Positions 37,590 through 46,274 of a stretch of DNA of 64,000 nucleotides are shown piece after piece (positions within the stretch are counted from its first letter, which is position 1; each line of letters starts with the position of its first letter). The DNA is from an uncultured Prevotellaceae bacterium. Its GTDB lineage: Bacteria; Bacteroidota; Bacteroidia; Bacteroidales; Bacteroidaceae. Location of the stretch: the NCBI GenBank assembly GCA_937910905.1, contig CALEPV010000066.1:19759-83758 (forward strand). Direction: 5' to 3'. The notes beneath the pieces were generated by a model. That model was given only the letters and a program-made list of their open reading frames with translations, was not told the DNA's origin and did not search any database. A program made the position numbers and the translations under genes.

Positions 37590-38387
37590 CTATTCGACTT
37601 CCACTATACGTCCCTCAATCGCGGCTTCGGCCATCTGGCCCGCAGCATCCAGCCGCCGCAGGTGGTTCATCAGCACGTCGCGCACGGGCACTTCGGTCAC
37701 GGTGCGCTGCCTGGAGTCCTTGAGTGCTGTCATCTTGTCGTTGCCGTCGGCCAGATAGTCGAGCGTGGCAATGGTGTATGTGCGCTCGGGGTCGATGGGC
37801 TGGCCGGCTATGGTGGCCGACTGCACGCGGCCGTCCTTGGTGATGACCAGCCGCAGGTTGTGGCTTACGCCCTCGCCGTGCACGGCGGCTATGTTCTGCA
37901 TGAGCCGCAGCATGTCGGATCCTTGCATCTCAAGTATCGTGAAGAAGTTCTCGAAGGGCGAGATGGCTATGATGTCGCCCCTGCGCACTGTGTCCTGCGG
38001 CATTGCACTGCGCAGGCCACCCACGTTGCACAGGCCAAGGTCGGCCTTGTAGCCCAGCTGCTCGGCTTCGGCCACGAGGGCATCGGCTACCCAGTTGCTC
38101 AGCAGGCTCTCCGGCCGGCCGGGTGTCATGAACTGTGCGCTGCGGCCTATGTATGGTCGCTGCAGGCTGTCCACGCCAGCCTGATAGGGGCGCAGGAAGT
38201 CGCAGGCCGCCTGCAGCGGACGGCTGTCGAGTGCTGAGGTCACTTCTATTCGGCACGGGCTGACGGTGCGCAGCGAGTAGTGCTGTTGCGTGCCGGCCTG
38301 CTGTGCCTGGTGCGAGGTGTGGCACGCAGAGAGTGTCAGCAGCGCCAGCGTGAGTAGGATAAGGTGTCGTTTCATCGTGTGTAGCAA
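37590..38387 (-). CDS. 5'-nucleotidase C-terminal domain lipoprotein
   Basis: Lipobox LTLSAC. UshA C-terminal-like sequence. Adjacent to the metallophosphoesterase half, the split arrangement common in Bacteroidota. Confidence 0.75.
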   Translation of the reverse strand: MLHTMKRHLILLTLALLTLSACHTSHQAQQAGTQQHYSLRTVSPCRIEVTSALDSRPLQAACDFLRPYQAGVDSLQRPYIGRSAQFMTPGRPESLLSNWVADALVAEAEQLGYKADLGLCNVGGLRSAMPQDTVRRGDIIAISPFENFFTILEMQGSDMLRLMQNIAAVHGEGVSHNLRLVITKDGRVQSATIAGQPIDPERTYTIATLDYLADGNDKMTALKDSRQRTVTEVPVRDVLMNHLRRLDAAGQMAEAAIEGRIVEVE

Positions 38388-38528
38388 TGTCGGGTTGCGT
38401 GGTCAAAAGTACAACAATTCACTCAATTGGCCGTCGCAGCAGCGGCATTTCTGCATTCCGCAGGGCCAAAAAAGGTGCTTTGAAACAAAAAGAAAGCCGC
38501 CGGGTGCTTGCGTTTCGCAGATTATGCC

Positions 38529-38536
38529 TACCTTTG
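38529..38536 (+). promoter_or_regulatory. -7 box TAccTTTG for rplS
   Basis: TACCTTTG 93 nt upstream of ATG 38629, within the 16-mer CTACCTTTGCACCCGC shared with the efp promoter. Confidence 0.5.
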
Positions 38537-38628
38537 CACCCGCTTTCGGCGTAATCGCTGGCAGGATGAAGAGTGGCCTGTTATGTTGCGCTGGACGACA
38601 ATAACAATTTTAACCGTCATCAATCACA

Positions 38629-39003
38629 ATGGCAAACCTAATTAAAATTGCTGAGGAAGCATTTGCTACAGGTAACATCAGCAAGTTCGACAGCTTCGCA
38701 CCTGGCGATACCGTTACCGTAGACTACAAGATTGTCGAGGGCAACAAGGAGCGCGTTCAGCAGTATCGCGGCGTGGTCATCAAGATCAGCGGCCACGGCG
38801 ACAAGAAGCGTTTCACTGTCCGCAAGATGAGCGGCACCGTGGGTGTGGAACGTATCTTCCCCCTCGAGAGCCCGAACATCGAGATGATTACTCGCGTGAA
38901 GCAGGGTCGCGTACGTCGCGCCAAGCTCTACTATCTGCGTGGACTCACAGGTAAGAAGGCCCGCATCCCCGAGAAGCGTACTGCTGCCAAGGCAGAGGCC
39001 TAA
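38629..39003 (+). CDS. rplS: 50S ribosomal protein L19
   Basis: 124 aa. [29 protein letters not shown]... is canonical L19. Confidence 0.96.
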   Translation: MANLIKIAEEAFATGNISKFDSFAPGDTVTVDYKIVEGNKERVQQYRGVVIKISGHGDKKRFTVRKMSGTVGVERIFPLESPNIEMITRVKQGRVRRAKLYYLRGLTGKKARIPEKRTAAKAEA

Positions 39004-39020
39004 ACCTACACACTCGTTTC

Positions 39021-39108
39021 GTGCACCGCGGTCCAACTATTGTTGCACCGCGGTGCAGCGTTTTCTGCAGCGTGCTCCAACGATGGTTGCAGCACGCTGC
39101 AACTTTTC
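39021..39108 (+). repeat. Phased palindrome array, locus C (4 units plus CTTT tail)
   Basis: Units at 39021, 39043, 39065 and 39087: GTGCACCGCGGTCCAA, TTGCACCGCGGTGCAG, CTGCAGCGTGCTCCAA, TTGCAGCACGCTGCAA, then CTTTTC. Starts 17 nt after the rplS stop. Confidence 0.95.
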
Positions 39109-39217
39109 GTGCGCTGCGGCGGGATAAAATGGGGGCTTTGCTTTGTAGGTATCGGCAAATGGCATAACTTTGTGGCGATATACTACCAGCGCACTAACTA
39201 ACGACCTTATAGACACG

Positions 39218-42200
39218 ATGAAGCACATTTACCTTACTATGATTGCCCTGCTGGCTGCGTGCGGCCTGCGGGCACAGACCCTGCCTACGTTCAGCACCGA
39301 CGACTCGGAGACGTGGTACGTCATCCAGTTCTGCCGCGGCGAGGCAGCCCTGACCGACATGGGCGAGGCTAAGAACCTGCAGACCGCAGATGTCGACAAG
39401 ACCAGCAATGCCCAGTTGTGGAAGATCGTAGGCACGCAGGACAACTGTGAGATAATCAGCAAATCCGGCCGCCACATATACTACAACGGCAGCAGGTATG
39501 CAGCTTCGGCCTCGAAGAGCGGACAGCTGCGACTCGTAGCCACCACCAATTCCACCTACGCTCCGGCATGGGAGATACAGAGCGTGGCCGGCGGCGCAGG
39601 CAATTCGATGAACCAGTGGGGAGGCTCTGGCTCAGGCCGCGAACTGGGCTCCTACAACGCGGGCGACGTCAACGACCCGCTGCTGTTTGTGGACCCCGCC
39701 ACACTGCCCGAGACCGACCCGCAGCCCACCAAGCTCGCTGAGTTCTACACCACAGCAGACGCCAGCTACCGGCCCGACAACCTGCTGACACTCTGGTACA
39801 CCACCCCGGTGACCAAGGCTACCGTGGACGACCCATGGATGGAGTACGCACTGCCCATAGGCAACGGCCAGCTGGGCGCCATGATATACGGAGGCATACG
39901 CCAGGACATAGTGCAGTTCAACGAGAAGACACTCTGGACAGGCTCCAGCACGCTGTACAATCGCGACGGCGGCTATCAGGACTTCGGAGCACTCTACATC
40001 ACCGACCTGGCCGACCGCTTCAGCACCGCAGCAGCTAAGGGAGCGAAGAAGTACTACCGCAGCCTGGACCTCACAACGGCGGTGGCTGCAGCGCAGTGGC
40101 TCAGCCCCGACCAGTCAGTGACCTTCCGCCGCGAGTACATAGCATCCTATCCCGACAAAGTGATAGCCGTGCACCTCAGCGCCTCGGAGCCCGGACAGCT
40201 GAGCCACCACTTCTACTTGTGGAACGCCCACAACGTCAAGGCTACCTATGCCGATGGCGAGGGAACGTTCAGCGGCAAGCTGACCACTGTGAGCTTCGAT
40301 GCCCGCATGAAGGTGATAGCCACCGGCGGCACGGTGACTACCGACGAGAAAGGCGTGACGGTGACCGGTGCCGACGAGATACTTGTGCTGCTCACGGGCT
40401 GCACCGACTACGACCCCGTGGCTGCCGGATATGTTAGCGGCACCGACCAGATAGCTGCCCGCAATGCGGCCACCATCGCCGCTGCTGCCGGCAAGACATG
40501 GGCATCGCTGCTGGCCGACCACGAGGCCGACTACCAGCCCATCTTCGACCGCTGCCGGCTGGCGCTGGACGGCGCTGCTGCCAACATGACCACCGACAAG
40601 CTGGTGGACACCTACGCCAAGCTCACCACAAAGACTGCGCTGACCAAGTCGGCCAACGCACGCCAGCTGGAACAGCTCTACTTCCACTATGGCCGCTACA
40701 TGCTCATAGCATCGTCGCGCGGCATAGACCTGCCCAACAACCTGCAGGGTATATGGAACCACAAGAACGCCGCACCCTGGTGCAGCGACATCCACGCCAA
40801 CATCAACATACAGATGAACTACTGGCCAGCCGAGGTCACCAACCTGAGCGACATGCACCTGCCGTACTTACATTATTTATATAATATGGCGGTCGTGCAA
40901 CCGCAGTGGCAGGGCTATGCCAAGAACTGGCTGGGACAGACACAGGGCTGGGCATGCTTCACGGAGAACAACATCTTCGGTTGCTGCACCGACTGGATGG
41001 CACAGCAGTACCCCGAGGCCGGAGCCTGGAGCTGCGACCACCTGTGGCAGCACTATCGCTACACGCTGGACACCGACTTCCTGGAGCACACAGCCCTACC
41101 CGTGATGCTATCGGCCACACGTATGTGGATGGAGCGTCTGGTCAAGGGTAAGGACGGGCTCTGGGAGTGCCCCAATGAGTGGAGCCCAGAGCACGGACCG
41201 ACAGAGAACGCCACCGCCCACGCGCAGCAGATTGTGTGGAACCTCTTCAGCACCACCCTGCAGGCCATAGACGCCCTGGGGCTGGAACGCGCCGGAGTGA
41301 GCCAGACACAGTACAATCAGATCAAGGCCAAGTTCGACAAGCTGGACGACGGCCTGCACACCGAACCTTACGAGGGCACCTTCGGAGCCACCTTCCGCGG
41401 TGTCAAGAAGGGTGAGGACATACTGCGCGAATGGAAGTACACCAGCTTCGCCACGGGCAACAACGGCGAGCAGAACCACCGCCACATGTCCCACTTCATG
41501 GCTCTGTACCCCTTTGCCAACCTGCCGGCATCCAACCCCTATTACCCCGCCGCCATCCGCAGCCTGTGGCTGCGTGGCCTGGCCTCCACCGGTTGGTCCA
41601 TGGGCTGGAAGGTCAACCTGTGGGCCCGGGCTCTTGACGGCGACCAGTGTGTGGAGATACTCAAGCTCGCCTTCAAGCATAGCACATCCTACGGCACCGA
41701 CCAGTCCAAGGGTGGTGTGTACTACAACCTGTTCGACTCCCACTCCCCATTCCAGATTGATGGCAACTTCGGCATGACTGCTGGCATGGCCGAGATGCTG
41801 CTGCAGAGCCACACCGACACCCTGCAGCTGCTGCCCGCCTTGCCGTACACATGGACGTCGGGTGCCGTGCGCGGCCTCTGCGCCGTCGGTGCATTCGACG
41901 TGGATATGCAGTGGGACAACTCCGAGCTGACCTCCGCCACAGTGTTCAGCCGCAAGGGACAGCCCTGCCGACTGGCATACGCAGGCATAGGCAGCGCCAC
42001 GGTCAAGACCGCCGACGGCGATGATGTGGACGTCACCGTACTGTCGGACGACCGCATCGAGTTCGCCACAGAGGCCGGTCAGCGATACGTCATCACGCCC
42101 CACTCTGCCGAGACCGGAGTGGGTGCAGCCACGGCCCGACGCAACGATAGGTTCGCCCCGGCATTCGACCTGAGCGGACGCCGGGTGCAGGACGCGCAGA

Positions 42201-42244
42201 TTGGCATCCACATTCAGGACGGCAGGAAGTTTGCCGTACACTGA
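39218..42244 (+). CDS. GH95-family glycoside hydrolase (alpha-L-fucosidase/galactosidase-like) with an extra N-terminal about 150-aa domain
   Basis: Signal peptide MKHIYLTMIALLAACGLRAQ. GH95 N-terminal signature ALPIGNGQLGAMIYGG...FNEKTLWTG. Start trimmed to ATG 39218. Confidence 0.8.
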   Translation: MKHIYLTMIALLAACGLRAQTLPTFSTDDSETWYVIQFCRGEAALTDMGEAKNLQTADVDKTSNAQLWKIVGTQDNCEIISKSGRHIYYNGSRYAASASKSGQLRLVATTNSTYAPAWEIQSVAGGAGNSMNQWGGSGSGRELGSYNAGDVNDPLLFVDPATLPETDPQPTKLAEFYTTADASYRPDNLLTLWYTTPVTKATVDDPWMEYALPIGNGQLGAMIYGGIRQDIVQFNEKTLWTGSSTLYNRDGGYQDFGALYITDLADRFSTAAAKGAKKYYRSLDLTTAVAAAQWLSPDQSVTFRREYIASYPDKVIAVHLSASEPGQLSHHFYLWNAHNVKATYADGEGTFSGKLTTVSFDARMKVIATGGTVTTDEKGVTVTGADEILVLLTGCTDYDPVAAGYVSGTDQIAARNAATIAAAAGKTWASLLADHEADYQPIFDRCRLALDGAAANMTTDKLVDTYAKLTTKTALTKSANARQLEQLYFHYGRYMLIASSRGIDLPNNLQGIWNHKNAAPWCSDIHANINIQMNYWPAEVTNLSDMHLPYLHYLYNMAVVQPQWQGYAKNWLGQTQGWACFTENNIFGCCTDWMAQQYPEAGAWSCDHLWQHYRYTLDTDFLEHTALPVMLSATRMWMERLVKGKDGLWECPNEWSPEHGPTENATAHAQQIVWNLFSTTLQAIDALGLERAGVSQTQYNQIKAKFDKLDDGLHTEPYEGTFGATFRGVKKGEDILREWKYTSFATGNNGEQNHRHMSHFMALYPFANLPASNPYYPAAIRSLWLRGLASTGWSMGWKVNLWARALDGDQCVEILKLAFKHSTSYGTDQSKGGVYYNLFDSHSPFQIDGNFGMTAGMAEMLLQSHTDTLQLLPALPYTWTSGAVRGLCAVGAFDVDMQWDNSELTSATVFSRKGQPCRLAYAGIGSATVKTADGDDVDVTVLSDDRIEFATEAGQRYVITPHSAETGVGAATARRNDRFAPAFDLSGRRVQDAQIGIHIQDGRKFAVH

Positions 42245-42284
42245 TTATATATAGGTTAGTAACCGCTGAAAAATAACCTGGCTC

Positions 42285-43145
42285 TTATCGCAGCTGCTCG
42301 AAGAGCGAATGACCATTGTGCTTGACCCGTAGCAGCAGGGTGAAGATAGCGAATGGTATCATGAGGAGGATGAGGAACAGAATGACCCCGAAGAAGCCTT
42401 CGACGAGCAATCCTATGCCGGACAGCAGAACAAGGGTGGCTGCCAGAGCATAGTAGGCCGTCTTGCTGCCACGGGATATGTAGCGCAGACAGATGAAGCC
42501 GCAGATGCTGAAAGCCAGTAAGAACAGGCATAATAACCGGTTAACTTCACCAGCCAGTAGAAACACTATGGATGACGCACCCAGCAGCTCCATGCTGGCG
42601 TAGCCAATCTTGATGGCTATGGTGGAGAGCCAGTGGGGCTTGTAGACGATGCGTGCCGGAGCAGGGCCGGCTGTGGTCGTGGTGCCGGTGGCGGCTGTGT
42701 CGCTCTGTGCCGGTCGTGACTCTGCACGGCGCTGACGTCCCAGCTTGGTCAGTATGTCATCGATGAGCACAGTGTCGATGGGGTGGTCCTCTATGCGCCT
42801 CCAGTTGATGGCGCTGAAGGTGAACTCCAGCTCGTCGGGCATCGTACTGCCATCTATTATATAAGGTATGATGTCCTGCTTGGCCATCTTGTTGAAGGCA
42901 TATACAATCTCACTCTGAGTGAACTTGGACGTGTAGGAGTTGCGCGAGGCGAGGAATAGAAAGATTGTTGAATGCTTAATGGCGTTGGCCAGCACTGCGG
43001 GAAACTCCATACCGCCACCGATGCCTTGACGGTCTATGAAGAAGGTTATGCCGGCACGTTCCAGTGCGGCAACCACTTGGTTGGCTATGGCTGTGTCCTT
43101 GCGCGAATAGCTGATGAACACATCGTAGGTGGCTTTGTCTGTCAT
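42285..43145 (-). CDS. TIR-domain protein fused to a C-terminal four-helix membrane domain
   Basis: N-terminal YDVFISYSRKD...FFIDRQ...FLFLASRNSYTSKFTQSEIVYAF (TIR, conserved Glu present). A linker, then about 4 hydrophobic helices (IVFLLAGEV..LLCLFLLAFSICGFICL..YYALAATLVLLSGIGLL..GVILFLILLMIPFAIFTLLL). Start trimmed to ATG 43145. Confidence 0.8.
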   Translation of the reverse strand: MTDKATYDVFISYSRKDTAIANQVVAALERAGITFFIDRQGIGGGMEFPAVLANAIKHSTIFLFLASRNSYTSKFTQSEIVYAFNKMAKQDIIPYIIDGSTMPDELEFTFSAINWRRIEDHPIDTVLIDDILTKLGRQRRAESRPAQSDTAATGTTTTAGPAPARIVYKPHWLSTIAIKIGYASMELLGASSIVFLLAGEVNRLLCLFLLAFSICGFICLRYISRGSKTAYYALAATLVLLSGIGLLVEGFFGVILFLILLMIPFAIFTLLLRVKHNGHSLFEQLR

Positions 43146-43234
43146 GATGAATGGTGATATGCCCACCCCCACGCCCCCATTGAGCTGGGGCGCGAGGGTG
43201 GAAGATTAGTTTCCGACGGGCTGTGCCGGGCGCA

Positions 43235-44209
43235 CTACTTCAGCTCGATAACGGGTATGTTATCCTTATCGTTGTAGTAGAGATTCTCGCCTGCCATACC
43301 CCAGATGAAGGTGTAGTAGTAAGTTCCGGCTGCGGCATGGATGCTCCACTCTGGCGACATGATGGCCTGCTCGTTGTGCAGCCACACCACGCGGCTCTCC
43401 TGCGGCTCACCCATGATGTGGGCGATGGTCTGGTCGGCAGGCAGGTTGAAGTAGTAGTAGGCCTCGATACGGCGACCGTGTGTGTGAGGTGGCATGGTGT
43501 TCCAAGCAGCGCCGGGGTTGAGCTGTGTCAGACCGAGCTGCAGCTGGCATGGACCCTCCTCCAGCACGTCGTTCACGATGAGCTTATACACTGTACGGTT
43601 GTTGCACTCCTCAAGCGAACCGACCGGCCCCCATACGGCAGCCTTCAGCGAACCCTTGCGACCGTCGAGTGTGATCCACTGCGTCTTGTAGTGCTGGTGG
43701 GCTGTAGCGGAGTTCAGATAGAACTTGGCGGGCTTCTGTGCATCCTTGGAGCGGAACTCCACCACCTTGTTCACATCGTTGTCCTTGCCGATATGACCGC
43801 GACCGATGTACAGTGCTTCCTTGGGAGAGAGGGCATATTCCTTGCCATCTACTATCACCACACCGTCGCCCTCGCCGCAGTTCACCACGCCGAGCTCGCG
43901 GTTGTAGAGGAAGTACTTCTCCTTGATGGTGGGGTCAACGTCGAGGCCCAGCTCGGGGAAGTTCTCCAAGCGCAGGGTCTTGGTCACAGGCATGGCACCA
44001 CCGAAGATGAAGCGGTCGTACTGTGAGTAGGTCAGGTTGATTTCATCGGCCACCATCACCTTCTCCATCACGAAGCGGTCGCGCAAGGTCTGCGTGTCAT
44101 AGTGCTTGGCATCCTCTGGGTGACAAGCCGTGCGGAATGTCACATTCTGCTGTGCTGAGGCTGCCATTGTGGCATAGCCCAGCACAAGAAGCATAATCGT
44201 TTTTTTCAT
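43235..44209 (-). CDS. kduI: 5-dehydro-4-deoxy-D-glucuronate isomerase homologue with N-terminal signal peptide
   Basis: Collinear with the KduI family ([26 protein letters not shown]...[19 protein letters not shown]...[10 protein letters not shown]), preceded by [21 protein letters not shown]. Confidence 0.88.
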   Translation of the reverse strand: MKKTIMLLVLGYATMAASAQQNVTFRTACHPEDAKHYDTQTLRDRFVMEKVMVADEINLTYSQYDRFIFGGAMPVTKTLRLENFPELGLDVDPTIKEKYFLYNRELGVVNCGEGDGVVIVDGKEYALSPKEALYIGRGHIGKDNDVNKVVEFRSKDAQKPAKFYLNSATAHQHYKTQWITLDGRKGSLKAAVWGPVGSLEECNNRTVYKLIVNDVLEEGPCQLQLGLTQLNPGAAWNTMPPHTHGRRIEAYYYFNLPADQTIAHIMGEPQESRVVWLHNEQAIMSPEWSIHAAAGTYYYTFIWGMAGENLYYNDKDNIPVIELK

Positions 44210-44490
44210 AAGACAGTTTGATGTAATGTTAGTTTAGTTCTGTTGATTGATTAGGTTTACCACAATCTGAACCTGCGCAAAAAAAAGCACATGTTGCCTT
44301 TCACTGTATTTCGGCTGTGTGATGGATGTTGTTTACATGGCGTACGATACCCGTTCTATCAGTGCCAAAAAGTATGGACATCTGTGCCTAAGTCAGCCTC
44401 AAAGTGTCATTCTCCAGCCGCACATCGATTTGCGTCTGTACGTCTACCGCCTAATGTATAAGTATCATGTCCTGGTCCATGAGGGCTTCC

Positions 44491-46056
44491 TTACTGCACA
44501 GCCTTCTCCTCGGCCACGATGCGACGGCGGTTAAAGAACAGCATAACGGCTGTGAAACATGAGAGCAGGCCCATGCCAATGTACTCAAGTGTCGATACAC
44601 TGCGGAATATCACCCAACCATAGAGCGATGATGCAAAGTCGAGTGCGCCAGCCTCGTAGCCTTCTGGCACGTTGGCAGCCTTGTCGGCGGTGTCGGCATA
44701 CACCTTGTGAGCAGCCTCGGTGAACGACGGTGCCATGTCGGTGACAAAGTACAGTCCTATCACCAGTGCGATGAAACCTATGATGAGGCTCTTCACCACA
44801 TTGCCCTTGGTGTAGGGCAAGATGAGTGGGAACAGGTAGAACATACCGGCCAGCGATGCCAGCGGCAGGAACTGATTACCGGGCAGCAATACGGCTACAG
44901 CCAGGATAATTGGGATGAGTATCACCGAGCACACCAGTGTTGTTGGGTGACCGATAACGAGAGCAGGCGACATACCTATATATACCTTCTTGCCCTTGAA
45001 CTTGCGCTGCACAACCTCCTGTGTCTTCTCGGCAATAGGTTTCAGTCCGTCAATGAAGAGCTTAGTGATACGCGGTATGAGTTCCATCACCGCAGCCATA
45101 GTCACGCCAAGGAACAGGACATCCTTAACCACGCGCATCCATGCGTCAAGCAAGCTCACACTGGCGGCCTTGATTCCCTCGGTCAGAGCCGAGGCCGTAG
45201 CAGTGGCATCTGCTAATGTGCCACTTGAGAAGGCCTTGTTGAATACAGATAGGCACTTATCGAGCAGGCTCTTATCGTAAGCGTTCTGTTCCAAATATGT
45301 GCGATAAGCTTGCATATCGCCTAAATGGCTTATGTGACTGAGCAGACCGATGAGGCCGCCCACTATCAGGCCAAGCACTATAGGCTCGCCAAGTACACCA
45401 AACTTCTTCTTCAAGCCTTCGGCATCGATGTCGAGTTTGGAGAAGCCTGGTATCTTGTCGAGTAGCCAGTTGATGCCCAAGGCGAAAGGAACGAAGCTCT
45501 GGCAGAATGGCTGCGGTATGCTGATACCGTCCATGTCGCTGTAGTAGCGCTGGAAACGGTCTGCCGTCATGTCGGCCGCAACAAGTGTTATGATGTAGCA
45601 GATGATGGCGGCAAAGTAGCCCCATGCGAGGCTTTGCCCCATCACGAAGTAGGCCACGGCACCGATGAAGGCGAAGTGCCAGTAGTTCCACAGGTCGATG
45701 TTTACTGTGCGTGTGCATTTAGTTATGAGCAGCAGGAAGTTGATGCCAAGGCAGATGGGTATGATGAGTGCGCCCACGGCAGTGTTGTAGGCTACAGATG
45801 CAGCTGCCGGCCATCCCATGTCAAACACTTTGAGGTCGAGGTCGAAGAGCTTGGACACAGCCTTGAGCGGTGTCTCGAAGTTGTTGGTGAGCAGGGCTGT
45901 GACAATGCCTAGTCCTACGAAGCCCACGCCTACATACAGGCCGCTCTTCAGCGACTTGCCGAACTTCATGCCTATGCATAGGCCAATGATTGTGAACAGT
46001 ATGGGCATCATTACCGATGCGCCAAAGCTGATGATGTAAGAGAATACTTGTTCCAT
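44491..46056 (-). CDS. PTS EIIC (GatC/SgcC-like) family permease, no EIIA/EIIB/HPr partner in window
   Basis: 521 aa polytopic. N-terminal region collinear with galactitol-type EIIC (FGASVMMPILFTIIGL...GLYVGVGFVGLGIV...DLKVFDMGWPAAA...NIDLWNYWHF). Confidence 0.8.
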   Translation of the reverse strand: MEQVFSYIISFGASVMMPILFTIIGLCIGMKFGKSLKSGLYVGVGFVGLGIVTALLTNNFETPLKAVSKLFDLDLKVFDMGWPAAASVAYNTAVGALIIPICLGINFLLLITKCTRTVNIDLWNYWHFAFIGAVAYFVMGQSLAWGYFAAIICYIITLVAADMTADRFQRYYSDMDGISIPQPFCQSFVPFALGINWLLDKIPGFSKLDIDAEGLKKKFGVLGEPIVLGLIVGGLIGLLSHISHLGDMQAYRTYLEQNAYDKSLLDKCLSVFNKAFSSGTLADATATASALTEGIKAASVSLLDAWMRVVKDVLFLGVTMAAVMELIPRITKLFIDGLKPIAEKTQEVVQRKFKGKKVYIGMSPALVIGHPTTLVCSVILIPIILAVAVLLPGNQFLPLASLAGMFYLFPLILPYTKGNVVKSLIIGFIALVIGLYFVTDMAPSFTEAAHKVYADTADKAANVPEGYEAGALDFASSLYGWVIFRSVSTLEYIGMGLLSCFTAVMLFFNRRRIVAEEKAVQ

Positions 46057-46063
46057 GAATTAG

Positions 46064-46256
46064 AGACCCACCCTTCACCCTCCCTGTGAGGGAGGAAGTG
46101 GTTACTTTGGCGGGCATAAGGATTATTGGTTAGACGTAGTGTGTAATGGAGTAAGATATAGTGTGTGATGGAGTTAGACGTAGTGTGTAATGAGATATAG
46201 CCTATTCTTGAAAGGTGACTACTCCTTCCCTTACAGGGAGGGTGAGGGGTGGGTCT
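46064..46256. repeat. Composite element: two about 41-bp inverted copies of a G/C-block hairpin repeat flanking 3.3 tandem 22-bp units
   Basis: Left arm 46064-46104 AGACCCACCCTTCACCCTCCCTGTGAGGGAGGAAGTGGTTA. The reverse complement of 46216-46256 matches at about 35 of 41 positions. Tandem units TTAGACGTAGTGTGTAATGGAG at 46130, 46152 and 46174. Confidence 0.85.
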
Positions 46257-46274
46257 TCTGTGATGGGCGAGCCT

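Noticed and set aside
41108-42241. 377-aa ORF on the minus strand
   Set aside because: It is antisense to the GH95 gene and compositionally biased.
43163-43201. G/C-block hairpin CCACCCCCACGCCCCA...TGGGGCGCGAGGGTGG upstream of the TIR gene, as a possible member of the 46064 repeat family
   Set aside because: It shares only the CCCACCC block and general style. The similarity is too weak to assign to the family without a genome-wide alignment, so it is kept as a note only.
44319-44534. 71-aa ORF in the EIIC-kduI spacer
   Set aside because: It runs antisense into the 3' end of the EIIC gene, with no SD or promoter context and no motif. The 281-bp spacer is more likely regulatory.
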